This document shows, piece after piece, positions 19,508-29,404 of a stretch of 64,000 nt of DNA (the first letter of the stretch is position 1; the number at the start of each line of letters is the position of its first letter). The position numbers were made by a program, and so were the translations under genes. Origin of the DNA: an uncultured Ruminococcus sp. (GTDB taxonomy: Bacteria; Bacillota; Clostridia; Oscillospirales; Acutalibacteraceae); NCBI GenBank assembly GCA_964387615.1, contig CAYLXT010000001.1:1516-65515 (forward strand), in the 5' to 3' direction. The notes under the pieces were generated by a model. The model did not search any database and was not told the DNA's origin. It worked only from the letters and a program-made list of their open reading frames with translations.

Positions 19508-20743
19508 ATGTCTAAAGACATAGAAAAGGATATACGCTGTTCATTTTGTGGAAAATCTCAGGATGAGGTTATGCGTCTTGTGGAAGGCCCCGGCGTGTAC
19601 ATCTGTGACAGTTGTATAAATTTTTGTGCTTCACTTCTTTTTGATGACGAAAACGCTTACAAAGAGAAACATAAAGGCAAAAAACAGCCTGAAAAGGTTT
19701 TGCCGAAGCCACAGGAAATCAAGGCATTGCTTGATGAATATGTAATCGGTCAGGATGACGCCAAAAAAACGCTTTCCGTTGCGGTTTATAACCACTATAA
19801 GCGTGTTTATAAGAACGAGAATTTAGATGTTGAACTTGCAAAAAGCAACGTGCTGATGCTAGGACCTACAGGTGTCGGTAAAACATTGCTTGCGCAGACA
19901 CTGGCTAAAATTCTCGATGTGCCGATTGCTATAACCGATGCTACTACTTTGACTGAGGCGGGTTATGTTGGTGAAGATGTAGAAAATATACTTTTACGTC
20001 TTATTCAGGCTGCCGATTACGATGTTGAAAAAGCAGAGCACGGTATAATTTATATTGATGAAATTGATAAAATTTCACGCAAAAGCGAGAACGCTTCTAT
20101 CACACGTGACGTAAGTGGCGAGGGAGTTCAGCAAGCCTTGCTTAAAATTCTTGAAGGTACAGTTTCAAATGTTCCGCCACAAGGTGGCAGAAAACACCCA
20201 CAGCAAGAATTTATTCAGATTGATACTACAAATATTTTGTTTATATGTGCAGGTGCTTTTGATGGTATTGACAAGGTAATTGAACGTCGTATGGGCGGCA
20301 GTAGTTTAGGCTTTGGTGCCGATGTTAAATCACCAAAAAGTCTTGAAGCTCAGCAGCTTTCTAAGTTTGCTACCCATCAGGATTTGGTGAAGTTCGGTCT
20401 TATACCTGAGCTTGTTGGTAGATTACCTGTTATTACAAGCCTTGACGCTATGGATAAGGATACGCTTATCCGCATTATGACCGAGCCTAAAAACTCAATT
20501 ATTAAGCAATATCAGGCGCTTTTTGCTCTTGATAATGTTAAACTTGAATTTGAGCCGCAGGCACTCGAAAAGATTGCTGAGCTTACCATAAAGAACAAAA
20601 CAGGTGCGCGCGGTTTGCGTTCTATAATAGAAAACACATTGCAAGACCTTATGTTTGAAATGCCTTCTAAAGAAGATGTCGCTGAGATTATTGTTACAGT
20701 TGATACAGTAGATGGCGGTAAAGCAAAAATTATAAACAAATAA
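19508..20743 (+). CDS. clpX: ATP-dependent Clp protease ATP-binding subunit ClpX
   Basis: N-terminal zinc finger CSFCGK...CDSC, Walker [17 protein letters not shown] and the GF pore loop. Confidence 0.97.
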   Translation: MSKDIEKDIRCSFCGKSQDEVMRLVEGPGVYICDSCINFCASLLFDDENAYKEKHKGKKQPEKVLPKPQEIKALLDEYVIGQDDAKKTLSVAVYNHYKRVYKNENLDVELAKSNVLMLGPTGVGKTLLAQTLAKILDVPIAITDATTLTEAGYVGEDVENILLRLIQAADYDVEKAEHGIIYIDEIDKISRKSENASITRDVSGEGVQQALLKILEGTVSNVPPQGGRKHPQQEFIQIDTTNILFICAGAFDGIDKVIERRMGGSSLGFGADVKSPKSLEAQQLSKFATHQDLVKFGLIPELVGRLPVITSLDAMDKDTLIRIMTEPKNSIIKQYQALFALDNVKLEFEPQALEKIAELTIKNKTGARGLRSIIENTLQDLMFEMPSKEDVAEIIVTVDTVDGGKAKIINK

Positions 20744-20745
20744 TT

Positions 20746-20780
20746 AAAAGCGATTGAGAATTTTCTCAATCGCTTTTAAA
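20746..20780 (+). terminator. intrinsic terminator after clpX
   Basis: AAAAGCGATTGAGAA/TTCTCAATCGCTTTT palindrome followed by a T/A tract. Confidence 0.7.
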
Positions 20781-20802
20781 ATTGCACGATTCCCTTTAAG
20801 AT

Positions 20803-20859
20803 AAAAACAGAAGCTATACCTAAAGGTATAACTTCTAATTTGGAGCAGGTGATGGGAAT
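20803..20859. repeat. direct repeat copy 1: tRNA-Gly 3' 19 nt plus downstream terminator (no tRNA body)
   Basis: Identical over 57 bp to 20986-21042, at an offset of 183 bp. Confidence 0.9.
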
Positions 20860-20983
20860 TTGCCGGCACGACGTGCCAATCGCCTCGCTAACGCTCGTTG
20901 CCACGTCAGCGAAAACAGTCCACAGGACTGTTTTCTTCCGCAACATAAATGTTGCTCCTTCCTTGTTCGATTCCCATCAATAC

Positions 20984-21019
20984 AAAAAAACAGAAGCTAT
21001 ACCTAAAGGTATAACTTCT
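20984..21019 (-). terminator. intrinsic terminator of tRNA-Gly
   Basis: On the minus-strand RNA, AGAAGUUAUACC-UUUA-GGUAUAGCUUCU forms a 12-bp stem with one G-U pair, followed by GUUUUUUU. The plus-strand version would carry a C-A mismatch, which supports minus-strand function. Confidence 0.75.
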
Positions 21020-21042
21020 AATTTGGAGCAGGTGATGGGAAT
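20986..21042. repeat. direct repeat copy 2: 3' end of the intact tRNA-Gly plus its terminator
   Basis: Identical over 57 bp to 20803-20859. Confidence 0.9.
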
Positions 21043-21098
21043 CGAACCCACATAGCCAGCTTGGAAGGCTGGAATTCTAGCCATTGAACTACACCTGC
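21024..21098 (-). tRNA. tRNA-Gly (anticodon UCC), CCA encoded
   Basis: A 75-nt cloverleaf was folded by hand: acceptor GCAGGTG/CACCTGC, D arm GTTC/GAAT, anticodon arm CCAGC-CTTCCAA-GCTGG, and T arm GTGGG-TTCGATT-CCCAT. Confidence 0.93.
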
Positions 21099-21114
21099 AT
21101 ATTTGACGGGGTAT

Positions 21115-21143
21115 ATAATAACACAAAAAGATTGTTCAGTCAA
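21115..21143 (-). promoter_or_regulatory. sigma-A type promoter for tRNA-Gly
   Basis: The minus strand reads TTGACT, a 17-nt spacer and TATTAT, ending about 16 nt before the tRNA 5' end. Confidence 0.5.
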
Positions 21144-21193
21144 GTGTTTTATTAAAAATTTATTTGCATATATAATTATATTATATATATTAT

Positions 21194-21222
21194 TTGACTT
21201 TTTATATTTTTTTTGCTATAAT
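21194..21222 (+). promoter_or_regulatory. consensus sigma-A promoter for the yicC-remA-gmk-rpoZ operon
   Basis: TTGACT, a 17-nt spacer and TATAAT. Confidence 0.55.
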
Positions 21223-21259
21223 ACAATGAAAAATACGAATATTATGCGTGGTGTAAAAT

Positions 21260-22138
21260 ATGGTTACAAGTATGACCGGTTTTGGTCGTGGTAAAGTATC
21301 AGAACAGGATTTTAATATTACTGTTGAAATTAAATCTGTGAATCACAGATATTTTGAATACAGCTCGCGCATGCCGCGTTCTTTTCAGTTCTTAGATGAT
21401 GCTCTTAAAACACAGTGTCAGCAAAAAATTTCTCGTGGTAAGGTAGAGCTTAATGTTCAGTTTGAAGATACTTCTTCAAAATCTATTGAACTTGCTGTAA
21501 ATACCGCTTATGCCGATGCATATATTTTGGCTTTGCATAAGTTTGCAAAGGATTATAAACTAAAAGATGATATCAAAGCTTCTTCAATCGTTGGTAATAC
21601 CGAAATTTTTACCGTCAAAAAACGTGACCTTGACGAAGAACTTATCAAAAAAGCAGTAACCGCAGCCACATCTGAGGCAATAGACAATTTTGTTGCTGCA
21701 CGTGCGCTTGAAGGTGAACGCTTGGTTGCCGATGTCAAAGGCAGAGCGCAATACATACTTTCTCAGGTTGATTTTATTGAGGAACGTTCGCCACAGACAG
21801 TTCGTGATTATCGCGAAAAGATTGAGCAAAGAATGAGAGAGCTTATAGGTGATGTTCAGATTGATGAGCAAAGGCTTATTACCGAAACTGCCATCTTCGC
21901 TGATAAAATTGCTGTTGCTGAGGAAACAGTACGTCTTCGTAGTCATATTGCTTCGCTTTGTTCTATGCTTGATGAGGGTGGAGTTATAGGTCGTAAGCTT
22001 GATTTTATTGTTCAGGAAATGAATCGTGAAACAAATACTATAGGTTCTAAATGTCAGGATATGGAAATCACTAAGGTTGTGGTTGAGATAAAGTCTGAAA
22101 TTGAAAAAATCCGTGAACAAATTCAGAACATAGAATAA
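21260..22138 (+). CDS. yicC: YicC family stress-induced protein (endoribonuclease YicC-like)
   Basis: [11 protein letters not shown]...[10 protein letters not shown]...C-terminal REVNT-like [10 protein letters not shown] motif. Confidence 0.9.
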   Translation: MVTSMTGFGRGKVSEQDFNITVEIKSVNHRYFEYSSRMPRSFQFLDDALKTQCQQKISRGKVELNVQFEDTSSKSIELAVNTAYADAYILALHKFAKDYKLKDDIKASSIVGNTEIFTVKKRDLDEELIKKAVTAATSEAIDNFVAARALEGERLVADVKGRAQYILSQVDFIEERSPQTVRDYREKIEQRMRELIGDVQIDEQRLITETAIFADKIAVAEETVRLRSHIASLCSMLDEGGVIGRKLDFIVQEMNRETNTIGSKCQDMEITKVVVEIKSEIEKIREQIQNIE

Positions 22139-22149
22139 GGGGTATATCT

Positions 22150-22419
22150 ATGCGACTTGTAAATATTGGCTTTGGTAATCTTGTATCTGCTAATAGAATG
22201 ATAGCGATTGTAAGTCCTGAATCTGCGCCGATTAAGCGTATTATTCAGGATGCTAAAGAGCGCGGTACTCTGATTGATGCTACTCACGGCAGAAGAACCC
22301 GCGCGGTAATTATTACCGACAGCGACCATATTATTCTGACTTATTTGCAATCTGAAACGGTTGCTAATCGTATAAGCGATGAAAATGCCGTTGATGATGA
22401 GGAGGATACTGATGAATAA
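22150..22419 (+). CDS. remA: extracellular matrix/biofilm regulator RemA (DUF370)
   Basis: [30 protein letters not shown]...[15 protein letters not shown]. It holds the conserved position before gmk. Confidence 0.92.
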   Translation: MRLVNIGFGNLVSANRMIAIVSPESAPIKRIIQDAKERGTLIDATHGRRTRAVIITDSDHIILTYLQSETVANRISDENAVDDEEDTDE

Positions 22420-23017
22420 GGGCAGAGTATATATTATTTCGGGGCCTTCGGGTTCCGGTAAAGACAGCGTTATGAAAAAGGTTTTTGAAAAGGCTCCCGA
22501 TATTGCTTTTTCAATTTCTTCAATCACACGCGCTATGCGCCCAGGAGAGATTGAGGGTGAAAAATATAACTTTATTTCTCGCGAGCGTTTTGAGCAGATG
22601 ATCGCAAACGACGAATTGCTTGAACATAATGTTTTTGTCGGTAATTATTACGGTACACCGAAAGCGCCGGTTATAAATTGTATTGAAAATGGAAAAGATA
22701 TGTTGATAGAGGTTGATGTTAACGGTGCTGTTCAGATACGTGCAAAAATGCCCGAAGCGGTAAGCATTTTTATAATGCCACCTTCACTTGATGCTCTTAA
22801 AAAACGTCTTACAGGCAGGGGTACCGACAGTGACGAGGTAATTGAAAAAAGGCTTAATGAAGCGCTGCGTGAAATTGCAAGTGCCAAGGATTACGACTAT
22901 ATTGTTGTAAATGATGACCTTGAAACAGCTGCAAATGATTTCGTAAAAATAATGTCAGTTGATAAATTCAGGACTGACAGAAATTCAGAGTTGATTAATA
23001 AAATTTTAAATAAATAA
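22412..23017 (+). CDS. gmk: guanylate kinase
   Basis: The ATG at 22412 overlaps the remA stop. The product contains the P-loop [14 protein letters not shown]-type [11 protein letters not shown] and YGT motifs. Confidence 0.95.
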   Translation: MNKGRVYIISGPSGSGKDSVMKKVFEKAPDIAFSISSITRAMRPGEIEGEKYNFISRERFEQMIANDELLEHNVFVGNYYGTPKAPVINCIENGKDMLIEVDVNGAVQIRAKMPEAVSIFIMPPSLDALKKRLTGRGTDSDEVIEKRLNEALREIASAKDYDYIVVNDDLETAANDFVKIMSVDKFRTDRNSELINKILNK

Positions 23018-23038
23018 TTTTGGAAGGAAATGTTTGTT

Positions 23039-23221
23039 ATGTTAAATCCAGCTATAGGTAAATTGATTGAAAATTATGAAAACCGTTACGGTCTTGTAAC
23101 CGAAATCGCAAACTGCGCTCGTGAAATTGCAAGTAAGGCAGAGGCTGATGAGGAAATTTTACTTGAAAAGCCTGTCAGCATTGCAATTAACAAGATTGCA
23201 AAGGATAAAGAGCTTATCTGA
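23039..23221 (+). CDS. rpoZ: DNA-directed RNA polymerase subunit omega
   Basis: MLNPAIGKLIENYENRYGLVTEIANCAREI. It holds the conserved position after gmk. Confidence 0.9.
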   Translation: MLNPAIGKLIENYENRYGLVTEIANCAREIASKAEADEEILLEKPVSIAINKIAKDKELI

Positions 23222-23256
23222 TTTTAATTTTATATACTTTTAAGGGGGGGTTCGGT

Positions 23257-25680
23257 ATGTATCGTTTAGTTGCAGAGGTTGTAATAGACGGTGCTGCCGG
23301 CTCTTTTGATAAATGCTATACTTACGCTGTGCCGCAAGGTCTTAAAGAAAAGGCAAAGCCGGGTTGTAGAGTATTGGTTCCTTTTGGTAAAGGAAACATA
23401 AGAAAACAGGGTATGATTTTAAATGTTTCTGAGAGTGAAACAAGCGATAAAACTAAAGAGATTATATCTATTACCGATGAAGAACCTATTCTTAATGATG
23501 AAATGATTAAGATGTGCAAATGGCTAAAATCGCAAACCTTTTGCTCTTATTTTGATGCCATACATACTATGCTGCCTGCCGGTCTTAATTATCGACTTTG
23601 TGATTATTATTCCGCAAACGATGAATTTTGTTCAATATCGCTTTTAAGCGTAAATGAGAAAAGTATATTCGAATTTTTATCGCAGTCGGGGGAACAACCC
23701 TTAAATAAACTTGAACAGCTTTTTGAAAATGCGACCGATACACTTTCATCACTTCTTGAAAAGCAAGCAGTTATAAAAAATCAAGTTCCTATGCGTCGTA
23801 TGCAGGATATAACACGGCGTTGGGTCAGAGTAAATCCCGATAATACCGATATTCCTAAGCTTACCAACCGTCAGCAAGAGATATATGAAATAGTAGAAAC
23901 GGCAGGTTGCGTTTCTGTAAAGGAGCTTCAGTATTTTACTGGTGTTTCTACCTCTGTTATTAATACGCTTGAGAAAAAAAGTATATTAATTTCATTTGAA
24001 AAGCAAGAGTTCCGACTCCCTTTTATTAGTGGTGATAAAATCAGTCGTGAGGATATAATTCTTACCGCCGAACAACAGAATGCTTACAGCGGATTATCGT
24101 CCCTTACAAAATCTCAGCGTGGTGAAACTGCGTTACTTTACGGTGTTACGGGTAGCGGTAAAACAAAAGTATTTTTAAAATTGGTTGATGAGGTATCAGC
24201 GCGAGGCGAAGGCGTAATTATTATGGTGCCTGAAATCGCATTAACTCCTCAGATGATAAAGATATTCAGCGAACGATACGGTAGTAAAATTGCAGTTTTT
24301 CATAGCGCTATGTCACTTGGGCAGCGTATGGATGAATGGAATCGCATAAAGCAAGGCAAAGCGCTGATTGCGATTGGTACGCGCAGTGCCGTGTTTGCGC
24401 CGTTTTCAAAGTTGGGGCTTATAATTATTGACGAAGAGCAGGAGCATACCTATAAATCTGAAAAATCACCGCGTTTTCACGCTCGCGATTTGGCAAAATT
24501 CAGGGCACATTACCATAAATGCCTTTTATGTCTGGCATCGGCTACGCCTTCTGTTGAGAGTTATAGCAACGCTATAAACGGCAAGTACAAGCTTTTTACT
24601 CTTAAAGAACGCTATGGTAATGCTGCGCTTCCACAGGTACAGCTTGTTGATATGAAAAAAGAATTGAATGAAGGTAATTCGTCTGATATCAGCCGAGAAC
24701 TTGCAGTTAAAATCAGCGAAGCACTCAATCATAAGCAACAAGCAATTGTTTTACTCAATCGCAGAGGGCATAATACTTATGTCAGTTGTCAAAATTGTGG
24801 TTGGGTAGCGAGTTGTGAAAATTGCAGTATATCACTGACCTACCATTCGGTAAACCGACGTTTGATGTGTCATTACTGTAACGCGTCGCACGAAATTCCT
24901 AAAAAATGCCCCGAATGTGAAAGTGAATTTTTTCACTTTTCAGGCTCGGGTACACAAAAGCTTGAAGAAGAGCTTAAACTATTGTTTCCTGATGCGCGCA
25001 TATTACGTCTTGATGCCGATACAACAGGTGCTCGTGATTCGTATTCTAATTATCTTTCTGCTTTCGCAAACGGCGAATATGACATTATGCTTGGTACGCA
25101 GATGGTGGCAAAGGGACTTGATTTTCCAAATGTTACGGTTGTTGGCGTAATTGGTGCTGACCGTGCGCTTTACAGTGACGATTATCGTGGATATGAGCGT
25201 ACTTTTTCACTTCTTACCCAGGTTGTAGGAAGAGCAGGTAGAGCAGAGAATCCCGGTATTGCTGTTATTCAGACAAATGACCCCGAAAATAATATTGTTT
25301 CGCTTGCTCAACAACAAGATTATGACGCATTTTTTAGTGAAGAAATTTTAAATCGCAAACTTATGATTTTTCCGCCTTACTGCGATATTTGTATGGTTTA
25401 TGTACAATCATTTGATGCCTGTATTGCAAATGATACCATCAATGATGTTTTTTCAAATATAAAGCAGGCTGTGGCGGGTGATTATAAAGATATTAAGCTT
25501 ATAATTTTGGGCCCTGCGCCTGCTTCAGTACCAAAAGTGAATAACAAATACAGATACCGTATTATAATAAAAACCAAAAACAGTTCCCGTTTCCGTGAAA
25601 TGATTAGGGCGGCTACTGATATTAAACTGAAAAGAGATACTTATATCGGTGTTGATATAAATCCCGAAACAATTATTTAA
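23257..25680 (+). CDS. priA: primosomal protein N' (replication restart helicase PriA)
   Basis: Walker A GVTGSGKT, DEEQE box and Cys-rich zinc-binding insert (CQNCGW...CENC...CHYC...CPEC). Confidence 0.96.
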   Translation: MYRLVAEVVIDGAAGSFDKCYTYAVPQGLKEKAKPGCRVLVPFGKGNIRKQGMILNVSESETSDKTKEIISITDEEPILNDEMIKMCKWLKSQTFCSYFDAIHTMLPAGLNYRLCDYYSANDEFCSISLLSVNEKSIFEFLSQSGEQPLNKLEQLFENATDTLSSLLEKQAVIKNQVPMRRMQDITRRWVRVNPDNTDIPKLTNRQQEIYEIVETAGCVSVKELQYFTGVSTSVINTLEKKSILISFEKQEFRLPFISGDKISREDIILTAEQQNAYSGLSSLTKSQRGETALLYGVTGSGKTKVFLKLVDEVSARGEGVIIMVPEIALTPQMIKIFSERYGSKIAVFHSAMSLGQRMDEWNRIKQGKALIAIGTRSAVFAPFSKLGLIIIDEEQEHTYKSEKSPRFHARDLAKFRAHYHKCLLCLASATPSVESYSNAINGKYKLFTLKERYGNAALPQVQLVDMKKELNEGNSSDISRELAVKISEALNHKQQAIVLLNRRGHNTYVSCQNCGWVASCENCSISLTYHSVNRRLMCHYCNASHEIPKKCPECESEFFHFSGSGTQKLEEELKLLFPDARILRLDADTTGARDSYSNYLSAFANGEYDIMLGTQMVAKGLDFPNVTVVGVIGADRALYSDDYRGYERTFSLLTQVVGRAGRAENPGIAVIQTNDPENNIVSLAQQQDYDAFFSEEILNRKLMIFPPYCDICMVYVQSFDACIANDTINDVFSNIKQAVAGDYKDIKLIILGPAPASVPKVNNKYRYRIIIKTKNSSRFREMIRAATDIKLKRDTYIGVDINPETII

Positions 25681-25694
25681 AAAAGAGGATGAAT

Positions 25695-26141
25695 ATGGCA
25701 AAACGCAATATTGTAAAAATTGGTGACGATGTGCTTCGTAAAATATGTCGCACACAGCTTACCTTTGATGAAAAATTACATCAGACGCTTGATGATATGA
25801 AAGAGACTATGTATGATGCCGAGGGCGTTGGTCTTGCAGCGCCACAGGTTGGAATACTACGAAGATACTGTGTAATTGACGTTGGAGATGGTGTAATTGA
25901 GCTTATCAATCCCGTTATTACCGAAAAAAGTGAAGAAACACAAACGGGCAATGAGGGTTGCCTTTCAATCCCCGACAGGAGCGAGGTTGTGACCCGACCT
26001 ATGAAGGTAAGTGTTCGCGCACAGAATCGATATGGCGAAAATATCACAGTGACGGGCGAGGGTCTGAAGGCTCGTGCTCTTTGTCATGAAATAGACCATC
26101 TTGACGGCGTGCTTTATATTGACCTTGCAAAAAGGAGATAA
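25695..26141 (+). CDS. def: peptide deformylase
   Basis: GVGLAAPQ, EGCLS and HEIDHLDG motifs. The start is placed at the ATG 6 nt after GAGG. Confidence 0.96.
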   Translation: MAKRNIVKIGDDVLRKICRTQLTFDEKLHQTLDDMKETMYDAEGVGLAAPQVGILRRYCVIDVGDGVIELINPVITEKSEETQTGNEGCLSIPDRSEVVTRPMKVSVRAQNRYGENITVTGEGLKARALCHEIDHLDGVLYIDLAKRR

Positions 26142-26149
26142 TTAAGTTT

Positions 26150-27073
26150 ATGCGAATTGTTTTTATGGGTACACCCGATTATGCGGCTGTAACTCTTCAA
26201 AAACTTATTGACGAAAAATATGATATAGTTGCTGTTTTTGCTCAACCCGACAAACCCGTTGGCAGAAAACAAATTTTAACTCCGCCCGAAACAAAGATTT
26301 TGGCAGAGAAATATAATATCCCTGTTTTTCAACCTAAAACTTTGCGTGACGGTTATGCTTACAATATCTTGAAAGAACTTAATCCCGATGCTATAGTTGT
26401 TGTCGCATATGGTAAAATATTGCCAAAAGAAATTCTTGATTTACCCAAATATGGCTGTATAAACGGTCACGCATCACTATTGCCAAAGCTTCGCGGTTCT
26501 GCGCCTATTCAATGGGCGATAGTAAACGGCGAAAAGCAAACGGGCGTTACCACCATGCAGATGGACGAAGGTATGGACACGGGCGATATCTTGGAAACTG
26601 CGATTGTTGATATTGGTGAAGATGAAACCGCCGAAGAATTGTTTGACAGATTATCGGTTATATCGGCCGATTTAATGGTATCAACCTTACAAAAAGCAGA
26701 GCAGGGAACGCTTAATCCTATAGAGCAAAATGAAAATGAGGCCACTTACGCGCCGATTATAAAAAAAGAAATGGCACATCTTGATTTTACAAAGACGGCT
26801 GATGAAATCTGCAATACCGTTCGCGGATTTTATTCCTGGCCCTGTGCTTTTTGCTTTATAAACGGTAAGCGTATAAAGGTTATTAAAGCTAAAAAATCTA
26901 ATTATACCGCAAATGAATGCGGCATTGTGATTTCAAGCGATGATAAACTTGTTATTTCGTGTAAGAATGGCTCTGTAGAACTTGTTATCGTTCAACCCGA
27001 GGGCGCTAAAGCGATGACAGCGGCTCAGATGTTAAATGGACATAAAATACCTGAAGGTACGGTTGTGGAATAA
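26150..27073 (+). CDS. fmt: methionyl-tRNA formyltransferase
   Basis: MRIVFMGTPDYA...HASLLPKLRGSAPIQWAI. Confidence 0.96.
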   Translation: MRIVFMGTPDYAAVTLQKLIDEKYDIVAVFAQPDKPVGRKQILTPPETKILAEKYNIPVFQPKTLRDGYAYNILKELNPDAIVVVAYGKILPKEILDLPKYGCINGHASLLPKLRGSAPIQWAIVNGEKQTGVTTMQMDEGMDTGDILETAIVDIGEDETAEELFDRLSVISADLMVSTLQKAEQGTLNPIEQNENEATYAPIIKKEMAHLDFTKTADEICNTVRGFYSWPCAFCFINGKRIKVIKAKKSNYTANECGIVISSDDKLVISCKNGSVELVIVQPEGAKAMTAAQMLNGHKIPEGTVVE

Positions 27074-28344
27074 TGTCAAATGCAAGAAATACAGCGCTTA
27101 AAGCTTTGCTGTGTGTAAGAGAAAGCGCATATTCAAATATAACGCTTAATAAATTTTTAAAAGAGGATGATTTATCATCTGTTGATAGGGCTTTAGCTAC
27201 TGCTATTTTTTATGGTGTTCTTGATAGAACGATAACACTTGATTATGTATTGTCAAAGTATATAAAAACACCGCTCAATAAAGTACAGCCATTAGCGCTT
27301 GAGGCCCTTCGCATTGCACTTTATCAGATAATGTTTATGGAGAAAATTCCCGATAGCGCCGCTGTAAACGAGTCTGTAAAAATAATTAAAAAATCTAAAC
27401 AAAAGCATCTTTCGGGCTTTGTGAACGGTGTTTTGCGTAACATTTTAAGAGAAGGCATTGTACTACCTGAAGGTGATGACGCTGTTTCGTTAAGCATTAA
27501 ATATTCTTGTCCCGAGTGGATAGTCAGTAGTTTTATCGCTGATTATGGTATTGCTAATACTATAGAATTGCTCAAAGCCTCTTTGCAGACTCCGCCCGTT
27601 ACATTACGGGTAAATACCCTGAAAACAGATACGGATAAGTTAAGAGAAATCTTACAGCAAGAAGGTATAGATACAAAATCTTCAGAGCTTGATAATGCTA
27701 TAGAAGTTGTAGGCGGTATTGATATTACCAAAAGTGCGTCATACCATGATGGCTTGTTTCATGTTCAGGATATTGCTTCGCAAACGGCAGTTAAGATTTT
27801 ATCACTAAGGTCTGATGAAACTGTACTTGATGTTTGCGCGGCTCCCGGTGGTAAGGCCTTCACAATGGCGCAGTATATGTCAGATAGTGGTAAAATTATT
27901 GCCTGCGATTTGCATCAGAAAAGGGTAGAGCTTATAAAGAAAGGTGCAAAGCGTTTAAATATTACAAATATACAAGCACTTCAAAATGATGCGACTGTTA
28001 TTAATGATGTGTTTGGTAAGTTTGATGCAATACTTTGTGATGTTCCTTGTTCGGGATTGGGCGTCATTCGTCGAAAACCTGAAATTAAATATAAGGATAT
28101 TAGTGAATATGCTGATATTACGCTTATACAAAGCACAATTCTTAAAAATGCGGCTTCATATTTAAAGGGAAACGGGCGTATTTTATATTCTACTTGTACG
28201 CTTAAAAAGTGTGAAAATGAGGGGGTAATTCAGCGTTTTCTTGACAAACACCCCCAATATGAGTTAAAATACCAACATACGTTTATGCCGCACATTGACG
28301 GTAGCGACGGTTTTTACTGTGCGCTCTTGCAAAAAAGCAGGTGA
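27073..28344 (+). CDS. rsmB: 16S rRNA (cytosine967-C5)-methyltransferase RsmB/Sun
   Basis: NusB-like N-terminal domain. SAM-methyltransferase motifs DVCAAPGGK, DVPCSGLG and YSTCT. Confidence 0.93.
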   Translation: MSNARNTALKALLCVRESAYSNITLNKFLKEDDLSSVDRALATAIFYGVLDRTITLDYVLSKYIKTPLNKVQPLALEALRIALYQIMFMEKIPDSAAVNESVKIIKKSKQKHLSGFVNGVLRNILREGIVLPEGDDAVSLSIKYSCPEWIVSSFIADYGIANTIELLKASLQTPPVTLRVNTLKTDTDKLREILQQEGIDTKSSELDNAIEVVGGIDITKSASYHDGLFHVQDIASQTAVKILSLRSDETVLDVCAAPGGKAFTMAQYMSDSGKIIACDLHQKRVELIKKGAKRLNITNIQALQNDATVINDVFGKFDAILCDVPCSGLGVIRRKPEIKYKDISEYADITLIQSTILKNAASYLKGNGRILYSTCTLKKCENEGVIQRFLDKHPQYELKYQHTFMPHIDGSDGFYCALLQKSR

Positions 28345-28375
28345 TTTTATTTCTAATAAGCTTGATATTTGCTCT

Positions 28376-29404
28376 ATGAATTTAGAGTCAATAACTCAAC
28401 TTGTGGCTGATTTAAATCAACCAAAATTCCGTTCATTGCAGCTTTTTAAGTGGTTGCAGTCAGGCGTTCAGAGCTTTGACGAAATGACCAATATACCGAT
28501 TGCTTTACGTAAGCAATTGGAGGAGATTGGTTATATTGCGACGGTTAAACCGCTTCGCAAATTTGTGTCTCAAATTGATGGTACGGTAAAATATGTCTAT
28601 GAGCTTTATGACGGAGAGCTTATTGAGTCTGTTCTTATGAAGTATGAACATGGATATACTGTGTGTATTTCTACGCAAGTGGGTTGTCGTATGGGGTGTA
28701 AATTCTGCGCATCAGGACTTTACGGCCTTACGCGCAACCTTACTGCATCCGAAATGTTAGCCCAGATTACATATGCACAACGTGATAACAATATACGGAT
28801 ATCAAATATTGTTATGATGGGAATGGGTGAGCCGCTTGATAATTTTGATAACAGTTTACAGTTCTTAAAACTTGTCAGTGACGATAATGGACTTAATATT
28901 GGTTTGAGACATATATCCCTTTCTACATCAGGTGTTGTAAACGGAATAAAAAAATTAGCAGAACACAATTTGCCGATTACGCTTTCAATATCGCTGCACG
29001 CGCCTAATGATGAAATCAGAAACCAAACAATGCCCGTTAATAAAAAATGGAATATTGAAGCATTGCTGCGTGCGTGTCGCGAGTATCAAAAGGTAACTAC
29101 CAGACGGATTTCGTTTGAATACGCTTTGATAGAAGGTATAAACGACAGTGATTCCTGTGCTAAAGAATTAGCCGCAAGGCTTAAAGGAATAATGTGTCAC
29201 GTTAATTTAATACCCGCCAATCCCGTAAAAGAAAATTCATTCAAAAAACCCGACCGCAAGGCAATTATAGCTTTTCAGAAAAAGCTTGAAGATTTTGGAG
29301 TTAACGCAACAATACGGCGAACGTTGGGCGCCGATATTGATGCGTCCTGCGGTCAACTTAAAAAGAAAACAAAGGAGGAGATAGACGGTGCAAATATTTG
29401 CTAA
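28376..29404 (+). CDS. rlmN: 23S rRNA/tRNA (adenine-C2)-methyltransferase RlmN (radical SAM)
   Basis: FRSLQLFKWL, the radical-SAM cluster motif GCRMGCKFCASG, and GMGEPL. The first in-frame ATG that fits RlmN N-termini is at 28376. Confidence 0.93.
   Translation: MNLESITQLVADLNQPKFRSLQLFKWLQSGVQSFDEMTNIPIALRKQLEEIGYIATVKPLRKFVSQIDGTVKYVYELYDGELIESVLMKYEHGYTVCISTQVGCRMGCKFCASGLYGLTRNLTASEMLAQITYAQRDNNIRISNIVMMGMGEPLDNFDNSLQFLKLVSDDNGLNIGLRHISLSTSGVVNGIKKLAEHNLPITLSISLHAPNDEIRNQTMPVNKKWNIEALLRACREYQKVTTRRISFEYALIEGINDSDSCAKELAARLKGIMCHVNLIPANPVKENSFKKPDRKAIIAFQKKLEDFGVNATIRRTLGADIDASCGQLKKKTKEEIDGANIC

Noticed and set aside
20776-20946. 56-aa minus-strand ORF with a strong AAGGAAGGAG RBS
   Set aside because: It is not called as a gene because it reads through a tRNA-derived repeat and an intrinsic terminator and ends inside the clpX terminator. 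I kept it as part of the tRNA-Gly finding, as the possible stub of a lost element gene.
20840-21055. 71-aa plus-strand ORF (MEQVMGICRH...)
   Set aside because: It begins and ends inside the two copies of the tRNA-Gly 3' repeat on the wrong strand. It is an artefact of the duplication.
21584-22120. 178-aa ORF on the minus strand
   Set aside because: It is antisense to the well-supported yicC gene and is a typical AT-rich shadow frame.
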